Positions 38,301-46,912 of a DNA stretch of 63,873 nt are shown here, piece after piece. The translations under genes and the position numbers were made by a program. Position 1 is the stretch's first letter. Each line of letters begins with the position of its first letter. This DNA is from a virus (taxonomy: Duplodnaviria; Caudoviricetes). Under the pieces are notes generated by a model, which did no database searches, was not told the origin of the DNA, and saw nothing but the letters and a program-made list of their open reading frames with translations. The stretch is from IMG/VR virus record IMGVR_UViG_3300013006_000032, positions 1 through 63,873 of that record. One strand, written 5' to 3'.

Positions 38301-39158
38301 TTAGAGATCCTTTAGCAGTTCGCTAATAGAGTCATCTTCGTCCGTTTCAGCTTTTTTACTCACTTTAGCCGTAACGGCAACTACGGGCGTAGGTGCAGAA
38401 GTCTTTTTCTCGACTACTTCACTTATACTTTCAGCATCTTCCGGGTCTTTTGTACCATGGTAATGCGCATTAAGTGATTCCTTTAATTCGTCATAACTTT
38501 TAACGCTAACATATGACTCGAGATCAAATGCATTGCCGTAGATCTTTTTGAATGCATCTTCATCAAGACCTTCAATTTCCTTAGGAGCGGAAAATTTTGA
38601 AGAAACATATGTAGGATAATCACCTTGTTTCTCTACTTTAATTCTCAAATTACACCCCTTAGGAGAGAGATCAAAAATACGCGGACCGAGATCAGCGGCT
38701 TCTTCACCCTCAATAGCATCCATAATAATTTTGTGAAGCTGACGACCGAAGCGAAGCAGCTTTACTTTTCCGTTATTATCTGCATTTACGGGATCATTAA
38801 CAATATAAACACTAACTAGCCAATTTTCTCTACGTTTAATAGCCAGAGCCTTTTCCTTCTCTTTTTCAGTACCATTGCGTAGTACACGATATCGCTCTTC
38901 AGCAATCGGATCGCGCTGATTCCAAGTGGTAGGGCTAATTAGTGTAATAAGTTGACCGGTTGTTAAGCTATTCCAAGCATAAGAATAATAATGAAAAAAC
39001 GTCTTAGTTGGATCTTTAACGTTAGGTAGTAAGCGGACAATATATGTATTGCCTACTTCACAGCGCAAGTAATCTTTAGCTTTTGAAGACGAAGATTCGT
39101 TATTTTTAGTTAGGGCCCCTTTAATACTTTCAAACATTGAATTGGTAAATGTACTCAT
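38301..39158 (-). CDS. gp32: Single-stranded DNA-binding protein (gp32-like)
   Basis: VRLLP, VNDPVNADNNGKVKLLRFG, FDLSPKGCNLRIK, YPTYVSSKF and acidic tail. Confidence 0.9.
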   Translation of the reverse strand: MSTFTNSMFESIKGALTKNNESSSSKAKDYLRCEVGNTYIVRLLPNVKDPTKTFFHYYSYAWNSLTTGQLITLISPTTWNQRDPIAEERYRVLRNGTEKEKEKALAIKRRENWLVSVYIVNDPVNADNNGKVKLLRFGRQLHKIIMDAIEGEEAADLGPRIFDLSPKGCNLRIKVEKQGDYPTYVSSKFSAPKEIEGLDEDAFKKIYGNAFDLESYVSVKSYDELKESLNAHYHGTKDPEDAESISEVVEKKTSAPTPVVAVTAKVSKKAETDEDDSISELLKDL

Positions 39159-39164
39159 CCCTAT

Positions 39165-39192
39165 ATGATACTAGCTTATTAAAATAAATCAA
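39165..39192 (-). promoter_or_regulatory. sigma70-type promoter TTGATT-N16-TATCAT, 6 nt before ATG 39158
   Basis: Seen in sequence. Confidence 0.65.
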
Positions 39193-39830
39193 GCACGATT
39201 TGAAATTTTTTTAAAGCCAAGCTCGACTAATTTCATAGCTTTACTAGAATTATATAATTTTGTTCTAAACATTGAAATATTATTATAGATCTCTTCACCT
39301 ATAATAAATCTAACGACTTCAGCATCACGAGACTTAATCCGCTTTTCAAAATCAGAATAACCAAATAGAGTATACAGGCAAATATTATGTTCTCTAAGAT
39401 GTAATATAAAAGAATATTCATTATTAGTTTTATGATCTATATATTGCGGTACTAATATATTGTTTTGTTTACAAAAATTATATATAAAAACCAAGGATGT
39501 TTTAATATTATTAAGTTGTTCTGTGCTATCCGGATCTTGCAAAGTTTGCTTCTTATTATAAAGGGTATATGCTTTAGTCGCTTTAAGAGTAAAATAATAG
39601 TCTAACGGAAAATGTTTTTCATCAGGATAAAGAGCATAAGGCGCTTTAAAATACTCTTCCATTTTTATATGTGGAAATTTTCTTAAAAAAGAAGAGACTT
39701 TCTTAATCGCTACAAAAGTTTTTTCGTCTAATTTTTCGAAATCTTTTCTATATTTAAAGGGTAAATTATTACTCCCGCGAGATACCTTTAAATATGTATT
39801 GTATATGCGCTTATCGTGCTCTGTAATCAA
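39189..39830 (-). CDS. Hypothetical protein, possibly helicase loader (gp59-like by size and position)
   Basis: Track 39189..39845; TTG 39830 overlaps the bS21 stop (TTGA coupling); lies between gp41 and gp32. Confidence 0.45.
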   Translation of the reverse strand: MITEHDKRIYNTYLKVSRGSNNLPFKYRKDFEKLDEKTFVAIKKVSSFLRKFPHIKMEEYFKAPYALYPDEKHFPLDYYFTLKATKAYTLYNKKQTLQDPDSTEQLNNIKTSLVFIYNFCKQNNILVPQYIDHKTNNEYSFILHLREHNICLYTLFGYSDFEKRIKSRDAEVVRFIIGEEIYNNISMFRTKLYNSSKAMKLVELGFKKISNRA

Positions 39831-40039
39831 CTGTAAAACTTCCACTTATTTCTCATCACTTGCTTCTTAATCTTACGAAGCGCACTTGGCTTGTAATAAC
39901 ATCTACGTATACGTAATTCCTCTAAAACACCAGATTTAAGAAATTCTCTATTAAACTTATTGTAAGCCTTATCAAAGTATGCTTTATCTGTACATCTCTT
40001 TTTATCTAAAGTAACTGATGCTTTTATTACTCTACTCAT
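39827..40039 (-). CDS. rpsU: Ribosomal protein bS21 homolog
   Basis: 70-aa basic protein with FDKAYNKFNREFLKSGVLEELRIRRCYYKPSALRKIKK, matching the bS21 pattern (A-x-x-x-F-x-R...G-x-L-x-E-x-R-x-R-x-x-Y-x-K-P-S-x-x-R-K). Confidence 0.8.
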   Translation of the reverse strand: MSRVIKASVTLDKKRCTDKAYFDKAYNKFNREFLKSGVLEELRIRRCYYKPSALRKIKKQVMRNKWKFYS

Positions 40040-40332
40040 ACGGTCAACATTTTCTTATTACTGTTTAAAAATTTCATGATGTATTTACTTTTATATAGGC
40101 TAGAGTCAAATTGCAAGAAAAATTTAACAGCGCTAAAATCATTTTTGAGATCGCAATACTCTTTAAATAAATCTCTTAAATTCTTATTCTTTAATAAGTG
40201 TATAAAAACATTAGCTAAATTAAGTTTTTTTGTATTAATAAGTGTTACGAATGAACAAAAAGATAAGAACAAGTGTGTTTGCTCATATTCTGTTAAGTGT
40301 TCTAGTGGATCGTACCCTTTCACAGTCAACAA
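40036..40332 (-). CDS. Hypothetical protein
   Basis: ORF whose stop overlaps the bS21 start (ATGA). Confidence 0.6.
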   Translation of the reverse strand: MLTVKGYDPLEHLTEYEQTHLFLSFCSFVTLINTKKLNLANVFIHLLKNKNLRDLFKEYCDLKNDFSAVKFFLQFDSSLYKSKYIMKFLNSNKKMLTV

Positions 40333-40357
40333 CTAATTATTGACTATTTATTAAAAA

Positions 40358-41686
40358 TCAAATGTCTAGGGCAAGTTTTGATAGAGTACTAATAGAAGAT
40401 GTACTAGCTTCTGTATCGTTTATATGTTCGTCCTCCGTAATAGTTAAGGTTGAATAGTCAATTCTCATAGCGCAATGGCCGAAATTAGGTCCAAATCTAT
40501 TCTTCATAAATCCCATTTTTATCACTCCGAGCTCTTTATCTGTATCTTCTTGCCAAATACTTAAGATAACGTCGCCCGTCATTGCTAAGCCTATACTCTC
40601 TGAGATCGTCTTTAAGCCGGGATCTGTAGTCTCATACCCTTCTCTATTTAATTGTGTAGCTGATATAATTGGACAAGAGAATGTATAAGAAAGAGCGCGT
40701 AACTGCTCGGTGCACATCTTTATACGTTCATAACTACTATCCCCTGTTGTCGAACGTAATAAATTGACATAATCTAATACTATAGCATCTATATGAATGC
40801 CTTTTTGAATAAGTTTTTTGACAAATGCCCTTAAGTGATTTGCTGTAATAGTCGCGGGTGGAAATTCTTTTATAATTAGCTTAGCGTTAGGATTCTCAAC
40901 ACAATACTCATTAATTTGGCTTTTTAACGTTTCAGACTCTATTTTAAGCTGGCTGAGTGGTATCTTAGATACACTGGAACAGAGCCTCTTGGCATAAACT
41001 AATTCAGGCATCTCAAGAGATACCAATAATACGGTTTTACCTTTATTAGCAATATTTACCGCTACATTGCCTAAAAAAATACTCTTACCTATATTAGTTT
41101 CTCCAGCGAACAAGTAAAGAGCGCGGCCCTGCTCAAGAAACCCGCCACCAATCTTGTCATCAAGCCATTTCCATCCAGAGGGAATATAATTTTCATGCGA
41201 ATTTAAATCTGTTATAACTCGATCAATATCGGTAAATAGATCTAAACCTATTTCAGTAGTAAGAGATAAACTACACGCCTTTTCAAACTTTTCAAGAATT
41301 TTAGATGTATCAACTTCACTTTTATTAATGTCATCTACGACTTCCATCATAGTATGGTAGACTGCTTTTTCTTTTAAAAAAGTCTCAGTATTTGTAGCTA
41401 ACTCATCAGGATTAAGATTTTTTTCAATATTATTAAAAAGTTGAATTACATTCTTGAGAGAAGTTTTAAGCTCTTCGGTAATAAGATAAGACTTAATTTC
41501 TGTTACTGTAGGTTTGGTATTACGCTTTTCATAAAAATCACTAATAATACTAAAAATAGCCTTAATGTCTTTATTTTTAAAATAAATTGGTTTGATATAA
41601 TCAATAATTGATGCGAGATATGTTTCATCAGTTAGCGACTTATATGCTATTAATGATTCAAAATAATCTAGATCTAACTTCGACAT
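40358..41686 (-). CDS. gp41: Replicative DnaB-like helicase
   Basis: Walker A GETNIGKS, SLEM, LDYVNLL, SATQLNR and MKNRFG. Confidence 0.95.
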   Translation of the reverse strand: MSKLDLDYFESLIAYKSLTDETYLASIIDYIKPIYFKNKDIKAIFSIISDFYEKRNTKPTVTEIKSYLITEELKTSLKNVIQLFNNIEKNLNPDELATNTETFLKEKAVYHTMMEVVDDINKSEVDTSKILEKFEKACSLSLTTEIGLDLFTDIDRVITDLNSHENYIPSGWKWLDDKIGGGFLEQGRALYLFAGETNIGKSIFLGNVAVNIANKGKTVLLVSLEMPELVYAKRLCSSVSKIPLSQLKIESETLKSQINEYCVENPNAKLIIKEFPPATITANHLRAFVKKLIQKGIHIDAIVLDYVNLLRSTTGDSSYERIKMCTEQLRALSYTFSCPIISATQLNREGYETTDPGLKTISESIGLAMTGDVILSIWQEDTDKELGVIKMGFMKNRFGPNFGHCAMRIDYSTLTITEDEHINDTEASTSSISTLSKLALDI

Positions 41687-41693
41687 TAGTTAT

Positions 41694-41721
41694 AATATAC
41701 AATCAATTTAACGGTAATCAA
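41694..41721 (-). promoter_or_regulatory. sigma70-type promoter TTGATT-N16-TATATT, 7 nt before ATG 41686
   Basis: Seen in sequence. Confidence 0.5.
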
Positions 41722-42398
41722 TGTTGACTATATTCTTTAATAAACTTTTCTTGGCTTTCACGAAAATTTTTATCTTCAAAACTTAATAGCCCAGGCGAAT
41801 TATGGAGCACCCATATCGGAGCAACACCAAGCTTAAGTTTCTTATAATTTGCATCAATGCTGCTTGCTATATCATAATGGTGAAAATTATAGTTTTCATT
41901 AAATTTCCAGCCTACAGACTTTATTTTTCTTGTATCAACACTTAAAAATAATCCGTCTAAAATAGCAACACGGCTTGGCGTGGGGCCAAAGCTTGTAAAC
42001 ATAATTTGATCTTTTGCACAAGGATGAGATACAGCACCACGAAGATTACCGCTCTGAAACCCTCCACACATTAAATGCCATAATGCAGGTTCTTTGATAA
42101 CAGGATTAATACCACCAGCTAGACCAACTATATCAAACTGTGTATGCGCCCGCTCTAATTTCTCGCAAACCCCAAGATCATCGACGTATACATCATCGTG
42201 TATAAAGACGATATGTGTATAATCGGTTTTATGCGTTTCAATTATACTGTTATATAGTATACTTAGCCCTGTTGTGTTGTTTGTATTATATAAAATATCA
42301 ATATTAGAATCTCTTTCTTTTAATCTTTGAAGGGATTTATAAGCAAGCGTCTCTCGTTCTCTAGCACCGCGGGTTGCGAAATAAAAGGCAATTTTCAT
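41718..42398 (-). CDS. GT-A fold glycosyltransferase (GT2-like)
   Basis: GLSILYN, VFIHDDV (DxD-like), IVGLAG, LDGLFL and FHHYDIA motifs. Confidence 0.75.
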   Translation of the reverse strand: MKIAFYFATRGARERETLAYKSLQRLKERDSNIDILYNTNNTTGLSILYNSIIETHKTDYTHIVFIHDDVYVDDLGVCEKLERAHTQFDIVGLAGGINPVIKEPALWHLMCGGFQSGNLRGAVSHPCAKDQIMFTSFGPTPSRVAILDGLFLSVDTRKIKSVGWKFNENYNFHHYDIASSIDANYKKLKLGVAPIWVLHNSPGLLSFEDKNFRESQEKFIKEYSQH

Positions 42399-43078
42399 TT
42401 TGTAAAAAATGGTGAGTTTGTTTTAAACTTACCTACTGAAGTTATACCTTCCTGCGTTAAAAGATATAGTACACCTTCTTCTAGGGCAACAAATCCTTTT
42501 TCTTTTATAGATGAAAAATCGTTAGTTAAAAAATTAGCAAATACAGTACTACCCGAACGACCTATATACGTATTTCTTGATCTCTGATTATAAATCCACA
42601 CACCAAATGTGCCCTTGAGCTGTGATAAAGCGAAACATATAGCTGCAACCTCGTCATTACTCTTTTTATACATGGTATGAATAAGAGGTGCAATAACCGA
42701 GGAATCGACAGTATTAAACGACTTCTTATCGGTTAATTGCGCTTTTATCTCTTTATCGTTAGTCAATACACCATTATGAGCAACAAGCCAGTCTTTATAC
42801 TGAAAGGGATGAGATGTCGTGGGCGAAAATGTTCTCTTAGCAGACGTCGGTGCTTGAGTGTGTCCGAGAAACAAATCAAAATCTGCTATTTTTCTCTTCT
42901 TTTTTCCATATTCAATAATGAGATTATCGGCCAACTTAGTTACCCCTGGGGTCTTAAGAATAGCGTGTATCTTATGACCGATCAATAAGCCGCCATAAGA
43001 AAAAGTACCTCTTTTCTTATTACTATTATAGAGCTTTACGTATTTTGTAAATTCTTTAGAGCCAAATATGCCGCAAAT
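42395..43078 (-). CDS. Class II (Ntn) glutamine amidotransferase with non-canonical ATT start
   Basis: In-frame extension of track ORF 42395..42985 gives ATT-TGC-GGC-ATA-TTT-GGC = (M)CGIFG...RG...GHTQAPT...HPF...AHNGVLTN...VDS. An in-frame TAG lies at 43093-43091, so no upstream ATG is possible. Confidence 0.85.
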   Translation of the reverse strand: MCGIFGSKEFTKYVKLYNSNKKRGTFSYGGLLIGHKIHAILKTPGVTKLADNLIIEYGKKKRKIADFDLFLGHTQAPTSAKRTFSPTTSHPFQYKDWLVAHNGVLTNDKEIKAQLTDKKSFNTVDSSVIAPLIHTMYKKSNDEVAAICFALSQLKGTFGVWIYNQRSRNTYIGRSGSTVFANFLTNDFSSIKEKGFVALEEGVLYLLTQEGITSVGKFKTNSPFFTK

Positions 43079-43085
43079 ATGTTTT

Positions 43086-43092
43086 ACCTCCT
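43086..43092 (-). promoter_or_regulatory. Perfect Shine-Dalgarno AGGAGGT, 7 nt before ATT 43078
   Basis: Seen in sequence. Confidence 0.8.
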
Positions 43093-43097
43093 AAATT

Positions 43098-43125
43098 ATT
43101 ATAATAAGAAGATTAAATAATTCAA
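43098..43125 (-). promoter_or_regulatory. sigma70-type promoter TTGAAT-N16-TATAAT; predicted +1 at the SD itself
   Basis: Seen in sequence; overlaps the divergent late box ATTAAATA (43112-43119, +). Confidence 0.65.
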
Positions 43126-43126
43126 G

Positions 43127-44017
43127 ATGAATAAAGATGTAAATCTCATCTTCGAAGCGTATAAAAAAGCAAAAACCGTTGTAACGGAAGCACCTATATA
43201 TAGTACCGGTGATTTAGAGTATACTGGCGACGTCGATTCAGCTCCGGGTAAAGGCTATGGTATAGGCAAAGTTGCTTCAAAAGAAGGAAAGTCAAAGGCC
43301 GAAGTAGCTAATACCCTTTTAAGAGCAATTCAAACAAAACTCTTTAAGCCTGCGTTGCATACTATTGACGGTAAAGAATATAAACTCTTTTACCCGGGTA
43401 GTAAGATGAAATTTAGAACAGATTTAGAAAATTTAATTAAAAGTGAGCTTAAAATCGGTGGGACAGAGGCAAAGTATACAGCGAGAATAGTTGATAATTT
43501 GCTTAATGTTTTAAGAGTTGATGCGGAGGGTGGTATTGGTGCTGCCCCAGCTCAAGTCAAGCAAGCAGTCATTTCAGGTATCGAGGGTAAAGATATCGGA
43601 CCAGGTGGTGCATCAGTACAAGCAGCTCCTGCTGCAAATTCGTTTATTAAAAACTCGGGTGTTAGATTTATTAAGGAATGGATGCCTATTTTTGTAGAAC
43701 TTCCGGATGAGATAACAATTGCTAAGGGAGATCTATATGAGTCTCCTGAGCTACGTAATGAAGTTGTTGAAGCTATAACTCGTGCATATGATGAAGCAAA
43801 AGCAAAAGACAAAGAATTGGTTCAAGATTTTATCGACTCATTAAAATTTAAAAATAGTTATACACCTGCAGCCGAGAAAAAAGAAGGTGAAGGAACAGGC
43901 GAAGAGCCCATAATAGATGAGTATCCAGAGGGTGATGATGCGTATTCAGCGGCTAAGCAAGAATTTGGATTAAGACAGCGGCCTGTTGACCAAGGCAATT
44001 TTAGCTACAGTGACTAA
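43127..44017 (+). CDS. Hypothetical late protein (probable internal head protein)
   Basis: MNKDVNLIFEAY...VVTEA leader; late box 7 nt upstream. Confidence 0.65.
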   Translation: MNKDVNLIFEAYKKAKTVVTEAPIYSTGDLEYTGDVDSAPGKGYGIGKVASKEGKSKAEVANTLLRAIQTKLFKPALHTIDGKEYKLFYPGSKMKFRTDLENLIKSELKIGGTEAKYTARIVDNLLNVLRVDAEGGIGAAPAQVKQAVISGIEGKDIGPGGASVQAAPAANSFIKNSGVRFIKEWMPIFVELPDEITIAKGDLYESPELRNEVVEAITRAYDEAKAKDKELVQDFIDSLKFKNSYTPAAEKKEGEGTGEEPIIDEYPEGDDAYSAAKQEFGLRQRPVDQGNFSYSD

Positions 44018-44046
44018 TTCTAGAGTTGTTTTAATAACTTTTATAT

Positions 44047-44054
44047 AATAAGTA
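44047..44054 (+). promoter_or_regulatory. late promoter variant AATAAGTA, 5 nt before GTG 44060
   Basis: Seen in sequence. Confidence 0.55.
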
Positions 44055-44059
44055 GTCTA

Positions 44060-45049
44060 GTGAAGATTAAGGTTATTGGGTGTGGTATATCGGGTATTAC
44101 TGCTGCGGTATTGCTAGAAGAAAGAGGTCATGATGTTGAAATTTTTGAATCTCGAAATCATATAGGTGGCAATTGCCATGACACTAATTTAGCAGGTACT
44201 TTAGTACATAGTTACGGACCACATTCATTTCATACAGATGACGATGAAGTGTTTAACTTTTTAAGTCGCTACACGGAATGGTTTCCTTTTGAACTTAGAC
44301 CTAAAGGCAATACAGAGCTTGGATTAATCTCGCTACCATACAGCAAAACAACAATTAAAGAGCTTGGAAGAGAGCTTACACAAGAAGAAATTTTAAAATA
44401 TATCTTCAAGGGCTATTCTGAAAAGCAATGGGGTATGCCGTTAGAAAAAATTTCTAATAGTATTTTAAGTAGAATACCAAAAGTAGCAGATAAAGAGAAT
44501 CCCACATGGTTTGAAGGTCAGAAATATCAATGCGTACCTTTAAGGGGTTACACTAAGATGTTTGAGAATATGCTGCGCGATATAAAGGTGCATCTTAATA
44601 CAACTAATAAAGATTGGAAAGAGTATAATACAGATCTGACAATATACACAGGTAAAATTGATGAATATTTTGACTTTTGTTATGGTCGACTACCATACCG
44701 ATCATTAAAGTTTGAACATACTTTGAGCTATGAAAAGATGAATACATTTATTATTAATCAAAATCGAGCTGACATCCCTTATACGCGTGTTTATGATCAT
44801 AGTTATTATACTAAAGACCATAAGGGTCCGACAATTATAACAAAAGAATATTCAATCGACCACACAGAAAATAATATTCCTTTCTACCCAATTCCGTTTG
44901 GCGAGGGTGTAGAGATTTATAAGAAATATAGTGAACTTGCGGGAAAAGAAGAAAATGTTATATTTTTAGGTCGCCTGGCTACTTATAAATATTTAGATAT
45001 GTGGATGGCGGTTAAACAAGCGATACAAAAAGTTTCATATCTCAACTAA
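44060..45049 (+). CDS. glf: UDP-galactopyranose mutase
   Basis: FAD motif GCGISG, HIGGNC, HSYGPHSFHT, YSEKQWG, LPYRSL, YTRV, FYPI and GRLATYKYLDM. Confidence 0.92.
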   Translation: MKIKVIGCGISGITAAVLLEERGHDVEIFESRNHIGGNCHDTNLAGTLVHSYGPHSFHTDDDEVFNFLSRYTEWFPFELRPKGNTELGLISLPYSKTTIKELGRELTQEEILKYIFKGYSEKQWGMPLEKISNSILSRIPKVADKENPTWFEGQKYQCVPLRGYTKMFENMLRDIKVHLNTTNKDWKEYNTDLTIYTGKIDEYFDFCYGRLPYRSLKFEHTLSYEKMNTFIINQNRADIPYTRVYDHSYYTKDHKGPTIITKEYSIDHTENNIPFYPIPFGEGVEIYKKYSELAGKEENVIFLGRLATYKYLDMWMAVKQAIQKVSYLN

Positions 45050-45786
45050 GATATCTTTTTACAGTTATATTTCTCCCAAGGTATCGTAATTTTATAAGAA
45101 ATCGGGTCTATATACCCAGCATCTATAAAGCCTTTTATCCTCAAAGAGCACGCTGTACATTCACCGCAAGCCTGCTCTTCTCCTTCATAGCAGGTCCAAG
45201 TATTACTAAAATTTACATCATGTTTAATACCGAGTTTTATGATTTCTTCCTTAGATTTATCAATTAAGGGTGCTTGCACAGCGATTCTGTTGCGACGGTT
45301 TAAAGCCGATACTTTATTAATTTGCTCTAAAAATTCTTCGCTACCATCCCAAAACCCTGCAACACTATCAGCTTGTGCAGCTCCATGAAAAACAGTACTA
45401 GCCCCTGCGTTTTCTGCAATTGCGAGTGAAATACTTAGTAGCATTAAATTCCTGTATGGAACATAGTTTACCGTCTGTGGATCGCCCATTACATCTTTAG
45501 CCTTAGCAACAGCTATCTTCTTATTAAGAAGTGAAGAGACTTGACAAATATCCTTAAAAAACGGTAGATCTACCCATATATGCTCAACAGGTGTATCAAT
45601 CGATTCAACCTGTAGCGCAGCACAATTGAGCTCTTTATCTTTGTGCTTCTGCCCGTAATTATAACTAATTGCTATAATCTCATCATACTGACTTGCAGCT
45701 AAATGTAACAGTACAGAACTGTCCATTCCCCCAGAAATAGGGACTACAGCTTTACTCGACTGGTGCTTCTTCGCTTTGCGCTTCAT
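45046..45786 (-). CDS. queC: 7-cyano-7-deazaguanine (preQ0) synthase
   Basis: PP-loop SGGMDS, YGQKH..E, YVPYRN and TWTCY...CGECTAC..R Zn motif. Confidence 0.93.
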   Translation of the reverse strand: MKRKAKKHQSSKAVVPISGGMDSSVLLHLAASQYDEIIAISYNYGQKHKDKELNCAALQVESIDTPVEHIWVDLPFFKDICQVSSLLNKKIAVAKAKDVMGDPQTVNYVPYRNLMLLSISLAIAENAGASTVFHGAAQADSVAGFWDGSEEFLEQINKVSALNRRNRIAVQAPLIDKSKEEIIKLGIKHDVNFSNTWTCYEGEEQACGECTACSLRIKGFIDAGYIDPISYKITIPWEKYNCKKIS

Positions 45787-46870
45787 TGACGTTATACTTG
45801 TATTCCTCTGTTAAGCGCTTGTCGAGTTCAGGAATAATAAATTCCTCGTAGAAAGCGGGGTCTTTAGCAAAAGTCTTTGCATAACCCAGTTTATCACCCT
45901 TCTTATACTTACCGCTAGTAATACCAACTGTATAAGTTGCACCGTTTTGTTCAACGATGCCTCTTGCAGTCGCCATACCGAGCAGCCCGCTATATTTGTT
46001 AAGACCGGTCTTAAAAGAAAGGTACATTTCTGTCTCTAGGAACGGAGGAAGAAAGCGATTCTTCACAGTTAGCGCACGAAGTGTTGTACCGCTATACTTG
46101 TTAGCTTCTGCAAGCTTCTTATCATCAGTATCCATGGAATCACCTTCACCTTCTTTTTCATGGCGCTTAGCAAGCTGTACGAGAATACTCGCCATATATA
46201 CAGGCCCTGAACCGCCAGCTTGGTTTTTTACCAGACTTGGGAACATTGAGGCAGGATCTTCGTATGTATGATTAGTAAACAGAATCGTAACGCCAGCCTT
46301 GGCAGCTTTAAAGGTTAATGTACGGAACATACTTTTTAAAGACTTTGCACGAAGACCCATATCTGATGCAGATTTATCTTTAGCAACGTCATCAAGCTCT
46401 TTCTGTGAAGCGAGATTACCGAGACTGTCAATACTAATAATAAACTTACCTCTTGCGTTATTTTCGATTACACTATCAAGAAAAGCACTAATCTGATTAC
46501 GGCACTGATCAATAGTATCAACCGGTACATATTTTGTACCTTCAGGGTCTAATCCAACTCCTTTTGTACTATTCTCATCAATAGCGATTTCAGTATCAAA
46601 TATGACGGGCGTCAAGCCTTTCTTTTGCGCAGTAGCAAGGATCTTATTAACAATAAAAGTCTTACCCGTCTGACTTGGTCCTGAGAAACCTGTTATTCTT
46701 CCTTGAGGTACGCCACCATTACGACAACTACCGCCGAGAATAGCGTTAAGAGCATAGCATCCTGTATCAAACCACTGATCAACTTTACTAAGTGCATTTT
46801 CGTTTAAAAAAGATGCTTCTGAATTTAACTTATCTAACGACGCGAATACTTTATTAAGATCTTTATTCAT
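45752..46870 (-). CDS. uvsX: RecA-like recombinase
   Basis: DTGCYALNAILGG, Walker A GPSQTGKT, FDTE, IDSLGNL, TNHTY, GGSG and KNRF. Confidence 0.93.
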   Translation of the reverse strand: MNKDLNKVFASLDKLNSEASFLNENALSKVDQWFDTGCYALNAILGGSCRNGGVPQGRITGFSGPSQTGKTFIVNKILATAQKKGLTPVIFDTEIAIDENSTKGVGLDPEGTKYVPVDTIDQCRNQISAFLDSVIENNARGKFIISIDSLGNLASQKELDDVAKDKSASDMGLRAKSLKSMFRTLTFKAAKAGVTILFTNHTYEDPASMFPSLVKNQAGGSGPVYMASILVQLAKRHEKEGEGDSMDTDDKKLAEANKYSGTTLRALTVKNRFLPPFLETEMYLSFKTGLNKYSGLLGMATARGIVEQNGATYTVGITSGKYKKGDKLGYAKTFAKDPAFYEEFIIPELDKRLTEEYKYNVNEAQSEEAPVE

Positions 46871-46876
46871 AGATCT

Positions 46877-46904
46877 ATTATATATGAAGTATATTTAAAT
46901 ACAA
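46877..46904 (-). promoter_or_regulatory. sigma70-type promoter TTGTAT-N16-TATAAT, 6 nt before ATG 46870
   Basis: Seen in sequence. Confidence 0.7.
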
Positions 46905-46912
46905 GTAAAAAA

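Noticed and set aside
42395-42985. Track start (TTG 42985) for the amidotransferase, or a pseudogene call
   Set aside because: This start would omit the catalytic N-terminal Cys. The frame is open to ATT 43078 with a perfect SD and promoter, so an intact gene is more plausible.
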